Part shown: positions 47,268 to 58,197 of the stretch, in pieces
Numbering within the stretch: position 1 is the first letter of the stretch
How the letters are laid out: every line of letters starts with the position of its first letter
Assembly: GCA_963662665.2 (NCBI GenBank)
Contig: CAXXJS010000031.1
Coordinates: 1 to 64,000, forward strand
Length of the DNA stretch: 64,000 bases
From: Candidatus Latescibacterota bacterium
GTDB lineage: Bacteria > Latescibacterota > UBA2968 > GCA-2709665
Direction of reading: 5' to 3'
The notes under the pieces: model-generated
Database searches by the model: none
Seen by the model: the letters and a program-made list of their open reading frames with translations, nothing else
What the model was told of the DNA's origin: nothing
Made by a program: the position numbers and the translations under genes

Positions 47268-48554
47268 ATGATCCGACTCGCCACTTTTCAATCCGACGTG
47301 ACGCCCCCACTGGGCCATCCGCTGTGTGCGGGGTGGTATCCCTCTGCCAAAGGCATCCTGGACCCGCTGGCCGCCCTCGGGCTGGTGATCGTACCGGACG
47401 CCGAATCGCCGATGGTTCTGTGCGCCCTGGACTGGGCCGAGTTGAGCAACGGCGACTACGACCGATGGCGTGAAGCGCTGGCCGTGGCCGTGGGCACCGA
47501 GGCGGACCGGGTGGCCGTACACTGCACGCACGCGCACGACACCCCCTGGCCGGACCGCGATGCCCAGCATATTCTTGATGCCCACGGCCATACCGACGTC
47601 ATTATGGCTGGAAGCTGGTCCGAAAACGTCCGCACGCAGGCGGCAATGGCAGCGGCTGAGGCCTTGGACAGGCTGCAGCCCTGCACACATATTTCGACCG
47701 GCGAGGCCAGAGTCGACAGGATCGCCTCCAACAGGCGGGTGATGGGGCCGGACGGGAAGGTGGCCGCCGTGCGCTGGACCAAAACGCCCGATCCCGAGGT
47801 GCGGGCCGCGTCCGAGGGCGTCATCGACCCCATGCTCAAGACAATCGGCTATTACCATCAGGATAAGCCGCTGGCCCTCGTTCATTACTATGCCACACAT
47901 CCAACCAGCAAGGACGGCACGGGGCTGGTGACGCCCGAATTCGTCGGCCTGGCCCGCAACCGGCGCACGGAGGAAAGCGGTATTCCGCACATCTACTTCA
48001 CAGGTTGTGCGGGCAACGTTACCGCGGGCAAGTACAACGACGGTGTGGCCGACAACCGCGAATTGTTCACCGGGCGCATCCATACCGCCATGGTGGAATC
48101 GGAACAGGCCAGTTCCCGCCAGCCCCTGGAACGCGTGGCCTGGACGGTAGAGCCCGTGCGGCTGCCGCCGCGGGAGGACCTGGTCGAGGAAGACCTGCTG
48201 GCGAAAATCTCGGCGGAGCGCAGAGGAGCCAAGATTCACAGCAAGCACGCCCTCATGCTGACGTACGTGCGCCGCCGCGAGCGTCCCATTCCCTTCACCT
48301 GCATGCATCTGAACGACCAGGTAGCGGTGGTCAATCTGCCGGGCGAGATCTTTATCGAATACCAGTTGCACGCGCAGGCGAGCCGCCCCGACGCCTTTGT
48401 CGCCGTAGCGGGATACGGAGACCTGGGGACTGGGTACATCACCATGGAAACTTCCTTCGACGAGGGCGGGTACGAGCCCACGGACGCCTTCGTGTCCGGG
48501 AAGTCGGAGAAAATCGTCCGCGCCGCCATCGACAAAGTCGTGCGGGCGGGTTGA
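47268..48554 (+). CDS. Neutral-ceramidase-like hydrolase of unknown substrate
   Basis: DVTPPLG, HCTHAHDTP, YATHP, FTGCAGN, LPGEIF, GGYE motifs. Confidence 0.7.
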   Translation: MIRLATFQSDVTPPLGHPLCAGWYPSAKGILDPLAALGLVIVPDAESPMVLCALDWAELSNGDYDRWREALAVAVGTEADRVAVHCTHAHDTPWPDRDAQHILDAHGHTDVIMAGSWSENVRTQAAMAAAEALDRLQPCTHISTGEARVDRIASNRRVMGPDGKVAAVRWTKTPDPEVRAASEGVIDPMLKTIGYYHQDKPLALVHYYATHPTSKDGTGLVTPEFVGLARNRRTEESGIPHIYFTGCAGNVTAGKYNDGVADNRELFTGRIHTAMVESEQASSRQPLERVAWTVEPVRLPPREDLVEEDLLAKISAERRGAKIHSKHALMLTYVRRRERPIPFTCMHLNDQVAVVNLPGEIFIEYQLHAQASRPDAFVAVAGYGDLGTGYITMETSFDEGGYEPTDAFVSGKSEKIVRAAIDKVVRAG

Positions 48555-48570
48555 TGCAGAGGTCTGTCCG

Positions 48571-48957
48571 ATGAACGAACAACAAGTGCAGATCATCGTA
48601 AAGGACGGGGCACCTGAATATGCGGTGATCCCGATCGACGCGTACCGTCGCATGGCCGCCGCGCTGGAAGACGCGGACGATGCCGAGGCCATCGACAGAG
48701 CATGGGCCGATGACGCGGCGGGCGAGACGGTACCTGGCGAAGTCGTTAAGGGTATAATCGACGGAGGACCGCCTTTGCGCGTGTGGCGGAAATACCGCGG
48801 GTTGACGCCGGCCTCGCTGGGCCGGTCGGTAGGCGTTTCAAGGGGATATCTGTCACAGATCGAGAACGGGCACAAGTCCGGTACACTCGACCTGTTTCGC
48901 AGACTCGCAGGCGCGCTTGACGTGTCAATGGACCAATTGGTTAAACCGGCGACATGA
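48571..48957 (+). CDS. XRE-family HTH protein (antitoxin-like), orphan
   Basis: YAVIPIDAY, PLRVWRKYRGLT..GVSRGYLSQIENG; no adjacent toxin. Confidence 0.85.
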   Translation: MNEQQVQIIVKDGAPEYAVIPIDAYRRMAAALEDADDAEAIDRAWADDAAGETVPGEVVKGIIDGGPPLRVWRKYRGLTPASLGRSVGVSRGYLSQIENGHKSGTLDLFRRLAGALDVSMDQLVKPAT

Positions 48958-49107
48958 TCGTCCCCGGTTCGACGGAAAGAGGGATGATCGCAGTCCGGGG
49001 AGTGAGCGGACGTTCTGCCTGTCACGGCGGGTCCGGTGACACACGCTCAGGTATCGTCCGGCGCCGCAGGCTTTTTTCTGTCTCTTTGCCAACAGTAAGT
49101 CAATGAT

Positions 49108-49135
49108 GCGGGCAGACAGGAATGTCTATCCCACC
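49108..49135. repeat. REP-like palindrome
   Basis: GGGCAGACAGGAATGTCTATCCCACC hairpin. Confidence 0.4.
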
Positions 49136-49177
49136 TTCAAACCGACTTCCTCAATGGGACAGTATTGGCCATAGAAA

Positions 49178-49337
49178 CTTGTGTTCTGTCCCAGAGATAG
49201 GTTGCCTGAATTCGGCCGTCGAGTCGCCCGGCTCGCAAGGCACCTGAGCGCAGGCGACCTGGGCAGGTCGGCCCAACGTAGCGAGACGGGATGAATCGGC
49301 GGAAGATTGGTGAGGTATTCTTGGGACAGGACACTAG
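49178..49337 (-). mobile_element. ~160-bp MITE-like element, copy 2
   Basis: GTGTTCTGTCCC...GGGACAGGACACTAG termini; homologous to 36259-36419. Confidence 0.75.
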
Positions 49338-49349
49338 ACAGGAGCAGCG

Positions 49350-49823
49350 GTGTTGCGGCGAATCATCCATGGTGCGTTTGTGTTCGTAATAGCGTTTCTC
49401 CTGATGGGTCCGTTTTCGCACTTTATGGTAGGGCAGTCCGGCTGGCTCCACGCGATGGGGTTGGGGATGGGATGGGGGCTTGCGCTTGGGTTGATTGTGG
49501 GCATGGGCAGCGATATCAGCACGGGTGTTGGTATGGTGCTGGGCCTTGGCGCCGGGGCGGGCGTCTACTGGGATCCGTTCGACGGGCTGATCATCGGGTT
49601 TGTCACGGCCATACCCGCGGCCATGGGCGTAGGCCTGGTGTCGGTGCTGCTGGACTGGAGCCTCGGTGCGGGGCTCTTCTGGGGTCTGTCGCTCGGAATC
49701 AGCGCCGTATTGCTCGTATTGCTGGAGGGCGGATGGGTTGTTTTCGCGGCCGCCGCCGCGGGGTGCATAGCGGGCCTTGGCGTGCGAATACTGCTGAGGA
49801 TGTGGTCGACCCGGCCCGCGTGA
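49350..49823 (+). CDS. Gly-rich polytopic membrane protein
   Basis: Almost entirely hydrophobic helices; RBS AGGAG. Confidence 0.65.
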   Translation: MLRRIIHGAFVFVIAFLLMGPFSHFMVGQSGWLHAMGLGMGWGLALGLIVGMGSDISTGVGMVLGLGAGAGVYWDPFDGLIIGFVTAIPAAMGVGLVSVLLDWSLGAGLFWGLSLGISAVLLVLLEGGWVVFAAAAAGCIAGLGVRILLRMWSTRPA

Positions 49824-49971
49824 GAGACAGAATTCCTTGAGTTTTGCGCAGCCCGCGAACCACGTTGGAGAAATATCGCGAGGCGCGCACGCGTTCAATA
49901 ACCGCCGGCAACCGGTCAATCTATCCGGTCACTGAAGACCTGAAACCACATCAACCTGTCAGGAGGACGGA

Positions 49972-52656
49972 ATGCGTCGTCCAATCGTCATGTTAACTTC
50001 CATCATCGTCGCCTCCATAATGGTGAACGCAGTGGAGGCTGAAGAAGCCAAACCCGATACCACGGCGGCGGACACCGTTAAGGTCGAGGCCAAAGAAACC
50101 GGTGCGGACACTACCGCGAAAAAAGACAAGAAGAAAAAAAAGAAGACCTTTGAGGAGGTCACGAAGGATTTCGAAGTTATCCCGGGGCTATTTACGGTTT
50201 ATCGAAAGGACGATGAAGCCAAAGTCTACATGGAGATTAAGCCCAGACAGTACGACCGTATCTATCTGTGCGCCGTCACCCGGGAGGCAGCGGACGGTTA
50301 TTTCTTCGACGCGACGGCCCTGATACCCAGCTTCATGAATTATGGATTTCCCTTTGTGCTCAAACGCATCGGGAAAAACGTGCAGTTTCTGCACAAAAAC
50401 GTCTACTTCCGGGCGGACGAAAACGCTCCGATCGCCGGCGCGGTAGCCCGCAGCGTCACCAATTCCATCCTGAGCGTCGCCAAAATCGTGGACAGCGAAC
50501 CGCACCCGGAAAGGAAGAGCATCCTTGTGGACGCGGGCGGGTTCTTCCTGAAGGACCTGACCATGGTGGCGGCCGCGTTCAGAGACCGCAAGGTAAAGTA
50601 CCGCTTCGACGGAAAGAACAGCTACTTCGGAAAGGTGAAGTCCTTCCCGATGAACACGGAAATTGAAGTCGTCCTCCACTTCAACACGGCCAATCCCGAA
50701 TTCGAGGCGTACACCTTCCCCGATCCCCGCAGTTTTCAACACGTTTACCACTATAGCCTTTCAATCTTGCCCCGGACGACCTATAGACCCAGACTGGGAG
50801 ACGACCGGGTCGGCCACTTCCTAACCATGTACCAGGATTACAACACGGTGCAGAAGGAGACGCCCTATATTCGTTACGTGGAGCGTTGGCACCTGGAGAA
50901 GGAGAATCCCCGGGCAAAACTATCGAAACCCGGAGAACCGATCGTTTTCTGGATCGAAAATACGGTTCCCGTGAAATACAGGAAGGCCCTGAAGAAGGGC
51001 CTCCTGATGTGGAATGAAGCCTTTGAACGCATCGGCTTCAAGGACGCGATCGTCGTAAATCAGCAGCCGGACGACGCGGATTGGGACGCCGCGGACGCGC
51101 GCTATAACATGGTCCGGTGGTTCGTGAATCCGCGCCGCGTCTATGCCCAGGGTCCGTCCCGCGCCAATCCGCTCACCGGCGAACTCTTCAATGCCAGCAT
51201 CCGTTTCAGCGCCGATTTTCCCCGGTCGATGTTCCGAGAATACGAGGAATTCGTGGATCCGACGTCCGAAGCCGGCGGCCCCCTGCTGGCGCAGCGTCGA
51301 GCGAAGGACTTTTCCCGGGGATTCTGCGACTACGCGGAAGGCGCTGTACACCAGGCCGCCTTTGCAGGAAACCTGCTGGCGGCCCGGGGAGAAATCGACC
51401 CTGCCGGAAAGGACGGCCAGAAATTTATCAATGACTATCTGACCATGATCGCCGCACACGAGATGGGGCACACCCTGGGCCTGCGCCACAACTTCAGGGC
51501 CAGCACACTGCATCCAACCGACCGCCTGCAGGACAAAGCGTCCGTAAAGGACCTGTCCAGCTCGGTGATGGACTACCTGCCCCCCAATATCGCACCCGAG
51601 GGAGAAAAGCAGGGTCACTACTTTCCCACCACTCTGGGACCCTACGACAAGTGGGCGATCGAATACGCCTACAAGCCGATCGAGGCGGAAAACCCGGAAT
51701 CGGAACGGGAAGAACTGGGCAAAATTGCCGCCAAGGTCGCCGATCCCAGGGTCGCCTACGGCACGGATGAAGATGCCTTCGGGGCGCCTCGCGGCATCGA
51801 TCCAACGGTCAACCGATGGGACCTGGGCGCCGACCCGCTGGCCTTCCACCTGAATCGCATCGGCCTTGCGAAGGAACTCTGGCGGAAAATGGAGGACCGG
51901 TTCGAGGTCCCCGGCAGACGGTACCAGAAACTACGGAGGGTTTTCGGACAGGGACTGACGGAGTACCTTCTCGCCGCACGCAACGTTACCAAATACATCG
52001 GCGGCATCTATCACCGGCGCGACCACGTGGGCGACCCGGGAAACCGGCTTCCGTTCGAACCGGTCCCGGCGGCCAGGCAGCGGGAAGCGTTTGACTTCCT
52101 CAAAGCGCACGTCTTCGGTCCAGACGCTTTCGACTTTTCACCCGAACTGATGCGGAAACTCGCCCCCGAACGCCTCTGGGGCTTCACCGGCGCGGTCTGG
52201 CGCATGCAGCGCCTCGACTATCCGATCCACAGCCGGATACTGAGGATCCAGCGCGGCCCTCTGAGCGCGCTGTACCACCCGCTGCTGCTGGGCCGGCTGC
52301 AGGACATGGCATTCTGGGCCGGCGGCGATGCATTCGGGATGCCGGAACTCTTCGACGGCCTCCGTGAGGCCGTCTGGGCGGAACTGGCATCCGGCGCCAA
52401 TATCAACAGCTTCAGGCGAAACCTCCAACGTATGCACCTCGACCACGTTGTCACGCTGGTTGTGAAACCACCCCGCGACACCCCGGCCGACGCCTCCTCG
52501 CTGGCGCGCGCCGACCTCCTGGCACTCGCAGCATCCATCCGGAACGTCCTATCCGACACGGGGCTGGACCGCCAGACCCGCGCCCACCTGGAGGAGAGCA
52601 TTACGCGCATCGATGCCGCGCTGAAAGCGGGCGTGCAACGCCACCTGGGAGGATAG
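49972..52656 (+). CDS. Secreted zinc-dependent metalloprotease (DUF4953/DUF5117/DUF5118 type)
   Basis: Signal peptide, PRLGDDRVGHF, WNEAFERIGF, HEMGHTLGLRHN, SSVMDY Met-turn. Confidence 0.92.
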   Translation: MRRPIVMLTSIIVASIMVNAVEAEEAKPDTTAADTVKVEAKETGADTTAKKDKKKKKKTFEEVTKDFEVIPGLFTVYRKDDEAKVYMEIKPRQYDRIYLCAVTREAADGYFFDATALIPSFMNYGFPFVLKRIGKNVQFLHKNVYFRADENAPIAGAVARSVTNSILSVAKIVDSEPHPERKSILVDAGGFFLKDLTMVAAAFRDRKVKYRFDGKNSYFGKVKSFPMNTEIEVVLHFNTANPEFEAYTFPDPRSFQHVYHYSLSILPRTTYRPRLGDDRVGHFLTMYQDYNTVQKETPYIRYVERWHLEKENPRAKLSKPGEPIVFWIENTVPVKYRKALKKGLLMWNEAFERIGFKDAIVVNQQPDDADWDAADARYNMVRWFVNPRRVYAQGPSRANPLTGELFNASIRFSADFPRSMFREYEEFVDPTSEAGGPLLAQRRAKDFSRGFCDYAEGAVHQAAFAGNLLAARGEIDPAGKDGQKFINDYLTMIAAHEMGHTLGLRHNFRASTLHPTDRLQDKASVKDLSSSVMDYLPPNIAPEGEKQGHYFPTTLGPYDKWAIEYAYKPIEAENPESEREELGKIAAKVADPRVAYGTDEDAFGAPRGIDPTVNRWDLGADPLAFHLNRIGLAKELWRKMEDRFEVPGRRYQKLRRVFGQGLTEYLLAARNVTKYIGGIYHRRDHVGDPGNRLPFEPVPAARQREAFDFLKAHVFGPDAFDFSPELMRKLAPERLWGFTGAVWRMQRLDYPIHSRILRIQRGPLSALYHPLLLGRLQDMAFWAGGDAFGMPELFDGLREAVWAELASGANINSFRRNLQRMHLDHVVTLVVKPPRDTPADASSLARADLLALAASIRNVLSDTGLDRQTRAHLEESITRIDAALKAGVQRHLGG

Positions 52657-52715
52657 GAATCTCCAGGGCTGCAACCGCGCGGCGACTTCACCGCGCGCCG
52701 ATCAACGGAGCGACT

Positions 52716-54068
52716 ATGTCGAAATCTTCTGATATCCGAATCCGAAACGTCGAACTTGACTTTGAGGCCTACCCGTACCGCACCCCGCTCAAGTTCGGCG
52801 GCGTGGTCACAACGCACTGCAAACTGATGAACGTAACCATCGACGTTGAAAACGGCGCGGGCGGCGTGGCTTCCGGGTTCGGATCCATGCCCCTCGGAAA
52901 TGCCTGGTCCTTTCCTTCTCAAACCGTCGGATTCGAGGACTCCATGCGTGCGATGGTCCGGCTGGGCGAGCGTATGACCGACTACACCCGAACCTATGGG
53001 GAAAGCGGCCATCCCCTGGACGTCATGGAGGATCTGGAATCGCGGTTTCTCAACCTCGCGGCCGAAACAGGCGCGGAATTGAACCTGGGGGAGGCCATTC
53101 CGAAACTCTGTACCCTGGTGACAGCCAGCCCGATCGACGCCGCACTGCACGATGCCTACGGCAAGGTCAACCGGATCAACGCCTACGACGGTCTCTCGGC
53201 CGAATGGATGAATCACGACCTCGCCCGATATCTCAACGGAGACTTCACGGGCGAACATCTGGACCGGTACACCCTGCGTAGCCCCAAGCCGCGTATGCCG
53301 CTCTACCACCTTGTGGGCGCCCTCGATCCGCTCACAGACGCGGAAATCGACAAGCGTATCGGCGACGGCCTGCCGGAGACCCTTCCCGAATGGATCCGCG
53401 CGGACGGCCTGACCCACCTGAAGATCAAACTCAATGGAGACGACCTGACCTGGGACGTGGACCGCGTATGCGATATCCACGCCGTCACCGCCCGGACACA
53501 GGCCGAACGTAGCGTTTCGGACTGGTCCTACTCACTCGATTTCAACGAGAAATGCCAAGACGTGGGCTACCTCCTGGATTTTCTCGCCCGGATAAGCGAA
53601 AAGAGCGCCGGCGCCTTCGAACGCGTGGCCTATATCGAGCAGCCCACGGCCCGTAACCTCCGCGCCAACCCCGAGAACAAAATGCACGAAGCCGCGGGAA
53701 TACGTCCCGTGGTGATCGACGAATCCCTCGAGGACTTCGAGAGCCTGCTGCTGGCCCGCGACCTCGGCTATTCCGGTGTAGCGCTCAAAACCTGCAAGGG
53801 TCAGTCGCAGGCGCTGTTAATGGGCGCCGCCGCGAAGAAATACGGCATGTTCCTGTGCGTGCAGGACCTCACCTGTCCCGGCGCTTCGTTTCTCCACTCC
53901 GCCGGCCTGGCCGCGCGCGTCCCCACGGTTACGGCAATCGAGGGTAACGCGCGGCAATACTGCCCCGACGCTAACGGCATATGGGCGGATCGCTATCCGC
54001 CGGTCTTCGAAATAACCGACGGCACGGTGGATACATCCGGCCTGACGGGAATCGGACTCGGTCATTGA
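52716..54068 (+). CDS. Enolase-superfamily (mandelate racemase/MLE-like) enzyme
   Basis: IDAALHDAYGK, HLKIKL, SLDFNE, YIEQP, IDES, ALKTCKG motifs. Confidence 0.88.
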   Translation: MSKSSDIRIRNVELDFEAYPYRTPLKFGGVVTTHCKLMNVTIDVENGAGGVASGFGSMPLGNAWSFPSQTVGFEDSMRAMVRLGERMTDYTRTYGESGHPLDVMEDLESRFLNLAAETGAELNLGEAIPKLCTLVTASPIDAALHDAYGKVNRINAYDGLSAEWMNHDLARYLNGDFTGEHLDRYTLRSPKPRMPLYHLVGALDPLTDAEIDKRIGDGLPETLPEWIRADGLTHLKIKLNGDDLTWDVDRVCDIHAVTARTQAERSVSDWSYSLDFNEKCQDVGYLLDFLARISEKSAGAFERVAYIEQPTARNLRANPENKMHEAAGIRPVVIDESLEDFESLLLARDLGYSGVALKTCKGQSQALLMGAAAKKYGMFLCVQDLTCPGASFLHSAGLAARVPTVTAIEGNARQYCPDANGIWADRYPPVFEITDGTVDTSGLTGIGLGH

Positions 54069-54214
54069 CTGGCGCAAAGCGCGTCTACCCGGGCGTGGCT
54101 GATACTGAACCGGGGATTCGGGGAGGGAGCGCAACGCAATAATCCGGCCACAAGGGCCGTACGCAGCCCGGATGGACTTTTTCAACGGGCTGATAAGGCA
54201 TGAAGGAGACGTTC

Positions 54215-55226
54215 ATGAAGGCCAGACAGCTCGTTTTCTCCGGTAAAATGGTGGTCGAAACGGTCGACGTCGAGGTGCGGGACACCCCGGGGCCCGGCGA
54301 AATTCTGGTCGAAAACCTCTACGGACTGATCAGCCCCCGGCACCGAGTTGGCGATGTTTACGCAAACGCACGTGGGTTTCCCGCGGCACGACTTCGGCTA
54401 TGCCAAATATCCCTTCTACCCCGGTTATGCCTCGGTGGGCCGTGTCCTGCTTGCCGGGCGGGACGTGAATGCCGTGCACGAAGGGGATCTTGTGTACGTG
54501 AAGGGAAAACACGTCTCCCATGCTCTCGTCGGTTCCGGCGGGCCATTGATGAGGCTTCCCGAAAACCTGGCGCCCGAACGAGCGCCTTTCGCGGTAATTG
54601 CAAACATTGCGCTTACCGCCGTGCGCCTTTCAAACATCCGGCTTGGCCACACCGTGGCCGTCTTCGGACAGGGCCTCGTTGGCAACATGGCCGCCCAATT
54701 GATGAATCTGTCCGGCGCCCGCCGGGTTATCGGCATCGACCAGGTTCAGGAGCGGCTGGCCATCTCGAAAGCCTGCGGCATCGACGCCTGTGTGAACCCG
54801 GCAGCGGAGGACCTGGCGGATCGCGTCCATGCAATGACGAACGGCGAAGGCTGCCAGGTTGTGGTTGAGGCCACGGGCAACCCGGACGCGGCCCCGGAGG
54901 CCATAAGAGTCGCCGCGCAGATGGGACAGGTCATCCTTCTGGGCAGCCCGCGCGGTAGCGCCGAAATCGACCTCTATTTCGACCTTCACCGCACCGGCGT
55001 ATCGGTAATTGGCGCACACGGCTCCAGGCAGGCCGACGCGTCGCAATTCGGCGACCCCGTCCCGGACGAACTCATGCTGGACTATATCGCCAGGGAACGC
55101 CTGAAGGTCGCCCCTCTGCTCACCCACGTGCTTCCCGCCTCGCGGGCCGACGAGGCATACCGGGGGCTCCTGGAAGAAAAAGACGCCTGGCTCGGCGTCC
55201 TTTTGGATCTCACACGCTGGGAGTAA
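54215..55226 (+). pseudogene. MDR (zinc-binding) dehydrogenase with a +1 frameshift in the C5 run at 54334-54338
   Basis: Removing one C restores LISPGTE; downstream YPGYASVG, GQGLVG, VEATG motifs. May be an assembly error. Confidence 0.85.
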
Positions 55227-55233
55227 GGCGCGA

Positions 55234-56517
55234 ATGCGAATCGTCCACGCCGATCTGGAAATGCAGCGGCAGCCCTTCGCCAGGCCATTCGCATTCAAGG
55301 GCGCGGCTTTCCACGAAAAGTGGAATCTGATTGTTCGCCTGACCGACGAAACCGGCGCCGAAGCCGTGGGCGTGGGCGGCACGGCCGTACTCTGGTCTGA
55401 CCCGGATGTTTTTTCGAGTCATACCGAAGTCGGCGGCAATATTCTCATGTCCGCCCTTCTGGAATTCGCGCTGCAACAGGCTGTGAAACGCGAATTTGAG
55501 GACCCGCCCGACCTGTTGTCAGGACTCGTACCTTATGTACACGACTACGGAAAGACCATCACCGGCAATCCCGGCCTGCGACTCACGTTTGCACTCATCG
55601 CGCTGGTGGCCCTGGACAACGCCGCGTGGATGCTCCACGCGAAGCGTAACGGGATCACCACGTTCGACAGTCTCATACCGGGTGCGTATCGTACGTTTTT
55701 CGCGAACCGCCAGACCCACCTCGGCGTTGCCCCGGCCATCGGCTATGGGATGCCTCTGGACGAACTGCGGGCGATTCTGGACACGGGCGTCTACATCCTG
55801 AAGATCAAGATCGGGCAACCGGGCGGCGAGGCGGAAATGGCGCGGAAGGACATGGCGTGGCTGGACCGCATCCATCGAGTCGCCGCGGGCTACACCACGC
55901 CGATGACGGATTCCGGGAAAGTCCTCTACTATCTCGACGCGAACGCGCGATACGCGAAGAAAGAAACCATGGCGCGGCTGCTGGACCACATGCGCAAAGC
56001 CGGCATTCACGAGCACGTCGTCCTTATAGAAGAGCCGTTTTCGGATCCTGATGACATCTACGTTGGCGACCTGCCGGCCCGTTTCGCGGCCGACGAAAGC
56101 GTACAGTCCGTGGAGGATGTGTGCACACGAACCGGCCAGGGATACGGGGCCATTGCCATCAAACCCGCGGGCAAGACCCTTTCGCTTGCGTTCCCAATGG
56201 TGAAGGCAGCGGCGGAGGCCGGCGTGCCGTGTTTCGTGGCCGACAACGGTTGCATTCCCCTCCTGGTGGAGTGGAACAAGAACGTCGCGGCCCGTCTTCC
56301 GGCGTTCCCCGGCATCAAGGGCGGCTTTATCGAATCCAACGGCCCGGAAAACTACGGCAACTGGGCCGATCTGGTTGCGGCGTACCCCGTTCCCAATGCG
56401 CCCTGGCTCACGCCCGGATCCGGCGCATTTTTCCTGGACGAAGATTACTACCGTCGAAGCGGCGGCGTGTTCCACGATCCGGTACCCTATTCCCGTATGT
56501 TCCGTACCTTGAGCTGA
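55234..56517 (+). CDS. Enolase-superfamily enzyme
   Basis: LDNAAW, ILKIKIG, YLDANARY, IEEPF, ADES, AIKP motifs. Confidence 0.85.
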   Translation: MRIVHADLEMQRQPFARPFAFKGAAFHEKWNLIVRLTDETGAEAVGVGGTAVLWSDPDVFSSHTEVGGNILMSALLEFALQQAVKREFEDPPDLLSGLVPYVHDYGKTITGNPGLRLTFALIALVALDNAAWMLHAKRNGITTFDSLIPGAYRTFFANRQTHLGVAPAIGYGMPLDELRAILDTGVYILKIKIGQPGGEAEMARKDMAWLDRIHRVAAGYTTPMTDSGKVLYYLDANARYAKKETMARLLDHMRKAGIHEHVVLIEEPFSDPDDIYVGDLPARFAADESVQSVEDVCTRTGQGYGAIAIKPAGKTLSLAFPMVKAAAEAGVPCFVADNGCIPLLVEWNKNVAARLPAFPGIKGGFIESNGPENYGNWADLVAAYPVPNAPWLTPGSGAFFLDEDYYRRSGGVFHDPVPYSRMFRTLS

Positions 56518-56532
56518 CCCACGGAGAACGCC

Positions 56533-58170
56533 ATGCAATCCCCTCACGGAATCGGCCACCACGCCTTTCGCCCGTCGGTTATGGGAAACAACGGGCTCGT
56601 CGCCTCCGGCCATCCCCTCGCGTCCCAGGCCGGCATCGCCACGCTGATAGCCGGCGGCAACGCCATCGACGCGGCCGTTGCAACGGCCGCCGCGCTGGGC
56701 GTGGTGGAACCCGCCGCGTCGGGCGTGGGCGGCGACGGCTATTTGCTCATTTACAGTGCGGATTCCGGCGCCGTGTCGGCCGTCAACGGCACAGGCGCCG
56801 CCCCGCGGGCGGCCACCAGGGAAGTCTATCTGAAACGCGGCGGGATCCCAATGAGGGGTATCCTGAGCGTTTCCGTCCCCGGCCTGGTGGACGGATGGCT
56901 CATTGCACACGAAAGACACGGCCTCCTCGGTCTCGATCGGGTCCTGGACCCCGCCATCTCCCTTTGCGAAAACGGATTTCCCGTCAGCCACAAGTTGGCC
57001 GGCAGCCTGGCCGGCCGGACCGCGGGCTTCACCTCGGACCCGATCACCCGCGAAGTATTCACAAAGGACGGCGAGCCGATGGCGCCTGGCGACGTGCTTC
57101 GCCAGAGCGATCTGGGCGCCACGCTGCGCCGGATCGCCGCCGAAGGCCGGGCGGCCCTCTACGAAGGCGACGTCGCTGAGGCCATTGCCGCATTCAGCCG
57201 GTCCAGAGGCGGCCTGCTCAGCTTGGAAGACCTGGCGAACCACCACGCCCGCTGGGCAGATCCCATCCACACCACGTACCGCGGGCACACCGTGTATGAG
57301 ATGCCACCCAATTCCAGCGGCCACGTCCTGCTACAGGAACTCAATATCGTGGAACGCTTCGACCTCCAGTCGCTCGGATGCAACACGGCGGAATGCGTCC
57401 ATCTGATGGTTGAGGCCAAAAAGCTCGCGTTCTCGGACAGGGAAGCCTTTGTCGCCGATCCCGATTGGCTGGATATCCCCCTCAAGGGCCTGCTCTCCAA
57501 GTCGTACGCGGAACAGCAGGCGCGACGTATCGACCTCAATCGCGCGGCAACCGACGTTCCCGCCGGGCGCCCCGAAAGCCATGAAGACACCACGTGCTTC
57601 TGCACGGCGGACCGGTGGGGAAACGCGGTCTGCGTGCTGCAATCCATCCAGTCCGGATTCGGCTCCGGCCTTATTGCCGGAAACACGGGCATCATCCTCA
57701 ACAACCGGATGACGTACTGGCACCTGGAGGAAAATCACCCCAACTGCCTGCGGCCCGGCAAACGGGTACGCCACACAATGAATCCCGTTATTGTAACGCG
57801 GAACGACAGACCCGTGCTCGTTTGCGGGACTCCCGGGGCGGATACCCAGGTGCAGACCAATCTACAGCTTATCACGCATATTCTGGACTTTGGCATGACA
57901 CCGCAGGAAGCCGCGGAGGCCCCCCGGTGGCGCAGTCTGCAGAACCCGATGGAGTCCACCGTCCCCCATACCTGCGAAGACGTCCTTCAGCTCGAAGGAA
58001 GGTTTTCGAAAAACGTCCGCGACGGTCTCGTCCGGCGCGGCCACGAACTGCGCATCCTGGGCGACTGGGACGGCCCCGGCAGCGCCCAGGCGATTCGCAT
58101 CCTCCCGGAAACCAACACGCTCATCGGCGGCTCGGACCCGCGCCGGGACGGCTATGCCGCGGCCTGGTGA
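56533..58170 (+). CDS. ggt: Gamma-glutamyltransferase-family Ntn hydrolase
   Basis: GGNAIDAAVA, SGVGGD, DTT nucleophile, GFGSG, PGKRVRHT, GTPGAD, DPRRDG. Confidence 0.93.
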   Translation: MQSPHGIGHHAFRPSVMGNNGLVASGHPLASQAGIATLIAGGNAIDAAVATAAALGVVEPAASGVGGDGYLLIYSADSGAVSAVNGTGAAPRAATREVYLKRGGIPMRGILSVSVPGLVDGWLIAHERHGLLGLDRVLDPAISLCENGFPVSHKLAGSLAGRTAGFTSDPITREVFTKDGEPMAPGDVLRQSDLGATLRRIAAEGRAALYEGDVAEAIAAFSRSRGGLLSLEDLANHHARWADPIHTTYRGHTVYEMPPNSSGHVLLQELNIVERFDLQSLGCNTAECVHLMVEAKKLAFSDREAFVADPDWLDIPLKGLLSKSYAEQQARRIDLNRAATDVPAGRPESHEDTTCFCTADRWGNAVCVLQSIQSGFGSGLIAGNTGIILNNRMTYWHLEENHPNCLRPGKRVRHTMNPVIVTRNDRPVLVCGTPGADTQVQTNLQLITHILDFGMTPQEAAEAPRWRSLQNPMESTVPHTCEDVLQLEGRFSKNVRDGLVRRGHELRILGDWDGPGSAQAIRILPETNTLIGGSDPRRDGYAAAW

Positions 58171-58197
58171 ACGGAGTAAGGGCCTCAAGGAGCTTTT

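Noticed and set aside
47193-49025. 610-aa minus-strand ORF
   Set aside because: Antisense to two well-supported plus-strand genes.
55519-57324. 601-aa minus-strand ORF
   Set aside because: Antisense shadow of the enolase-family and ggt genes.
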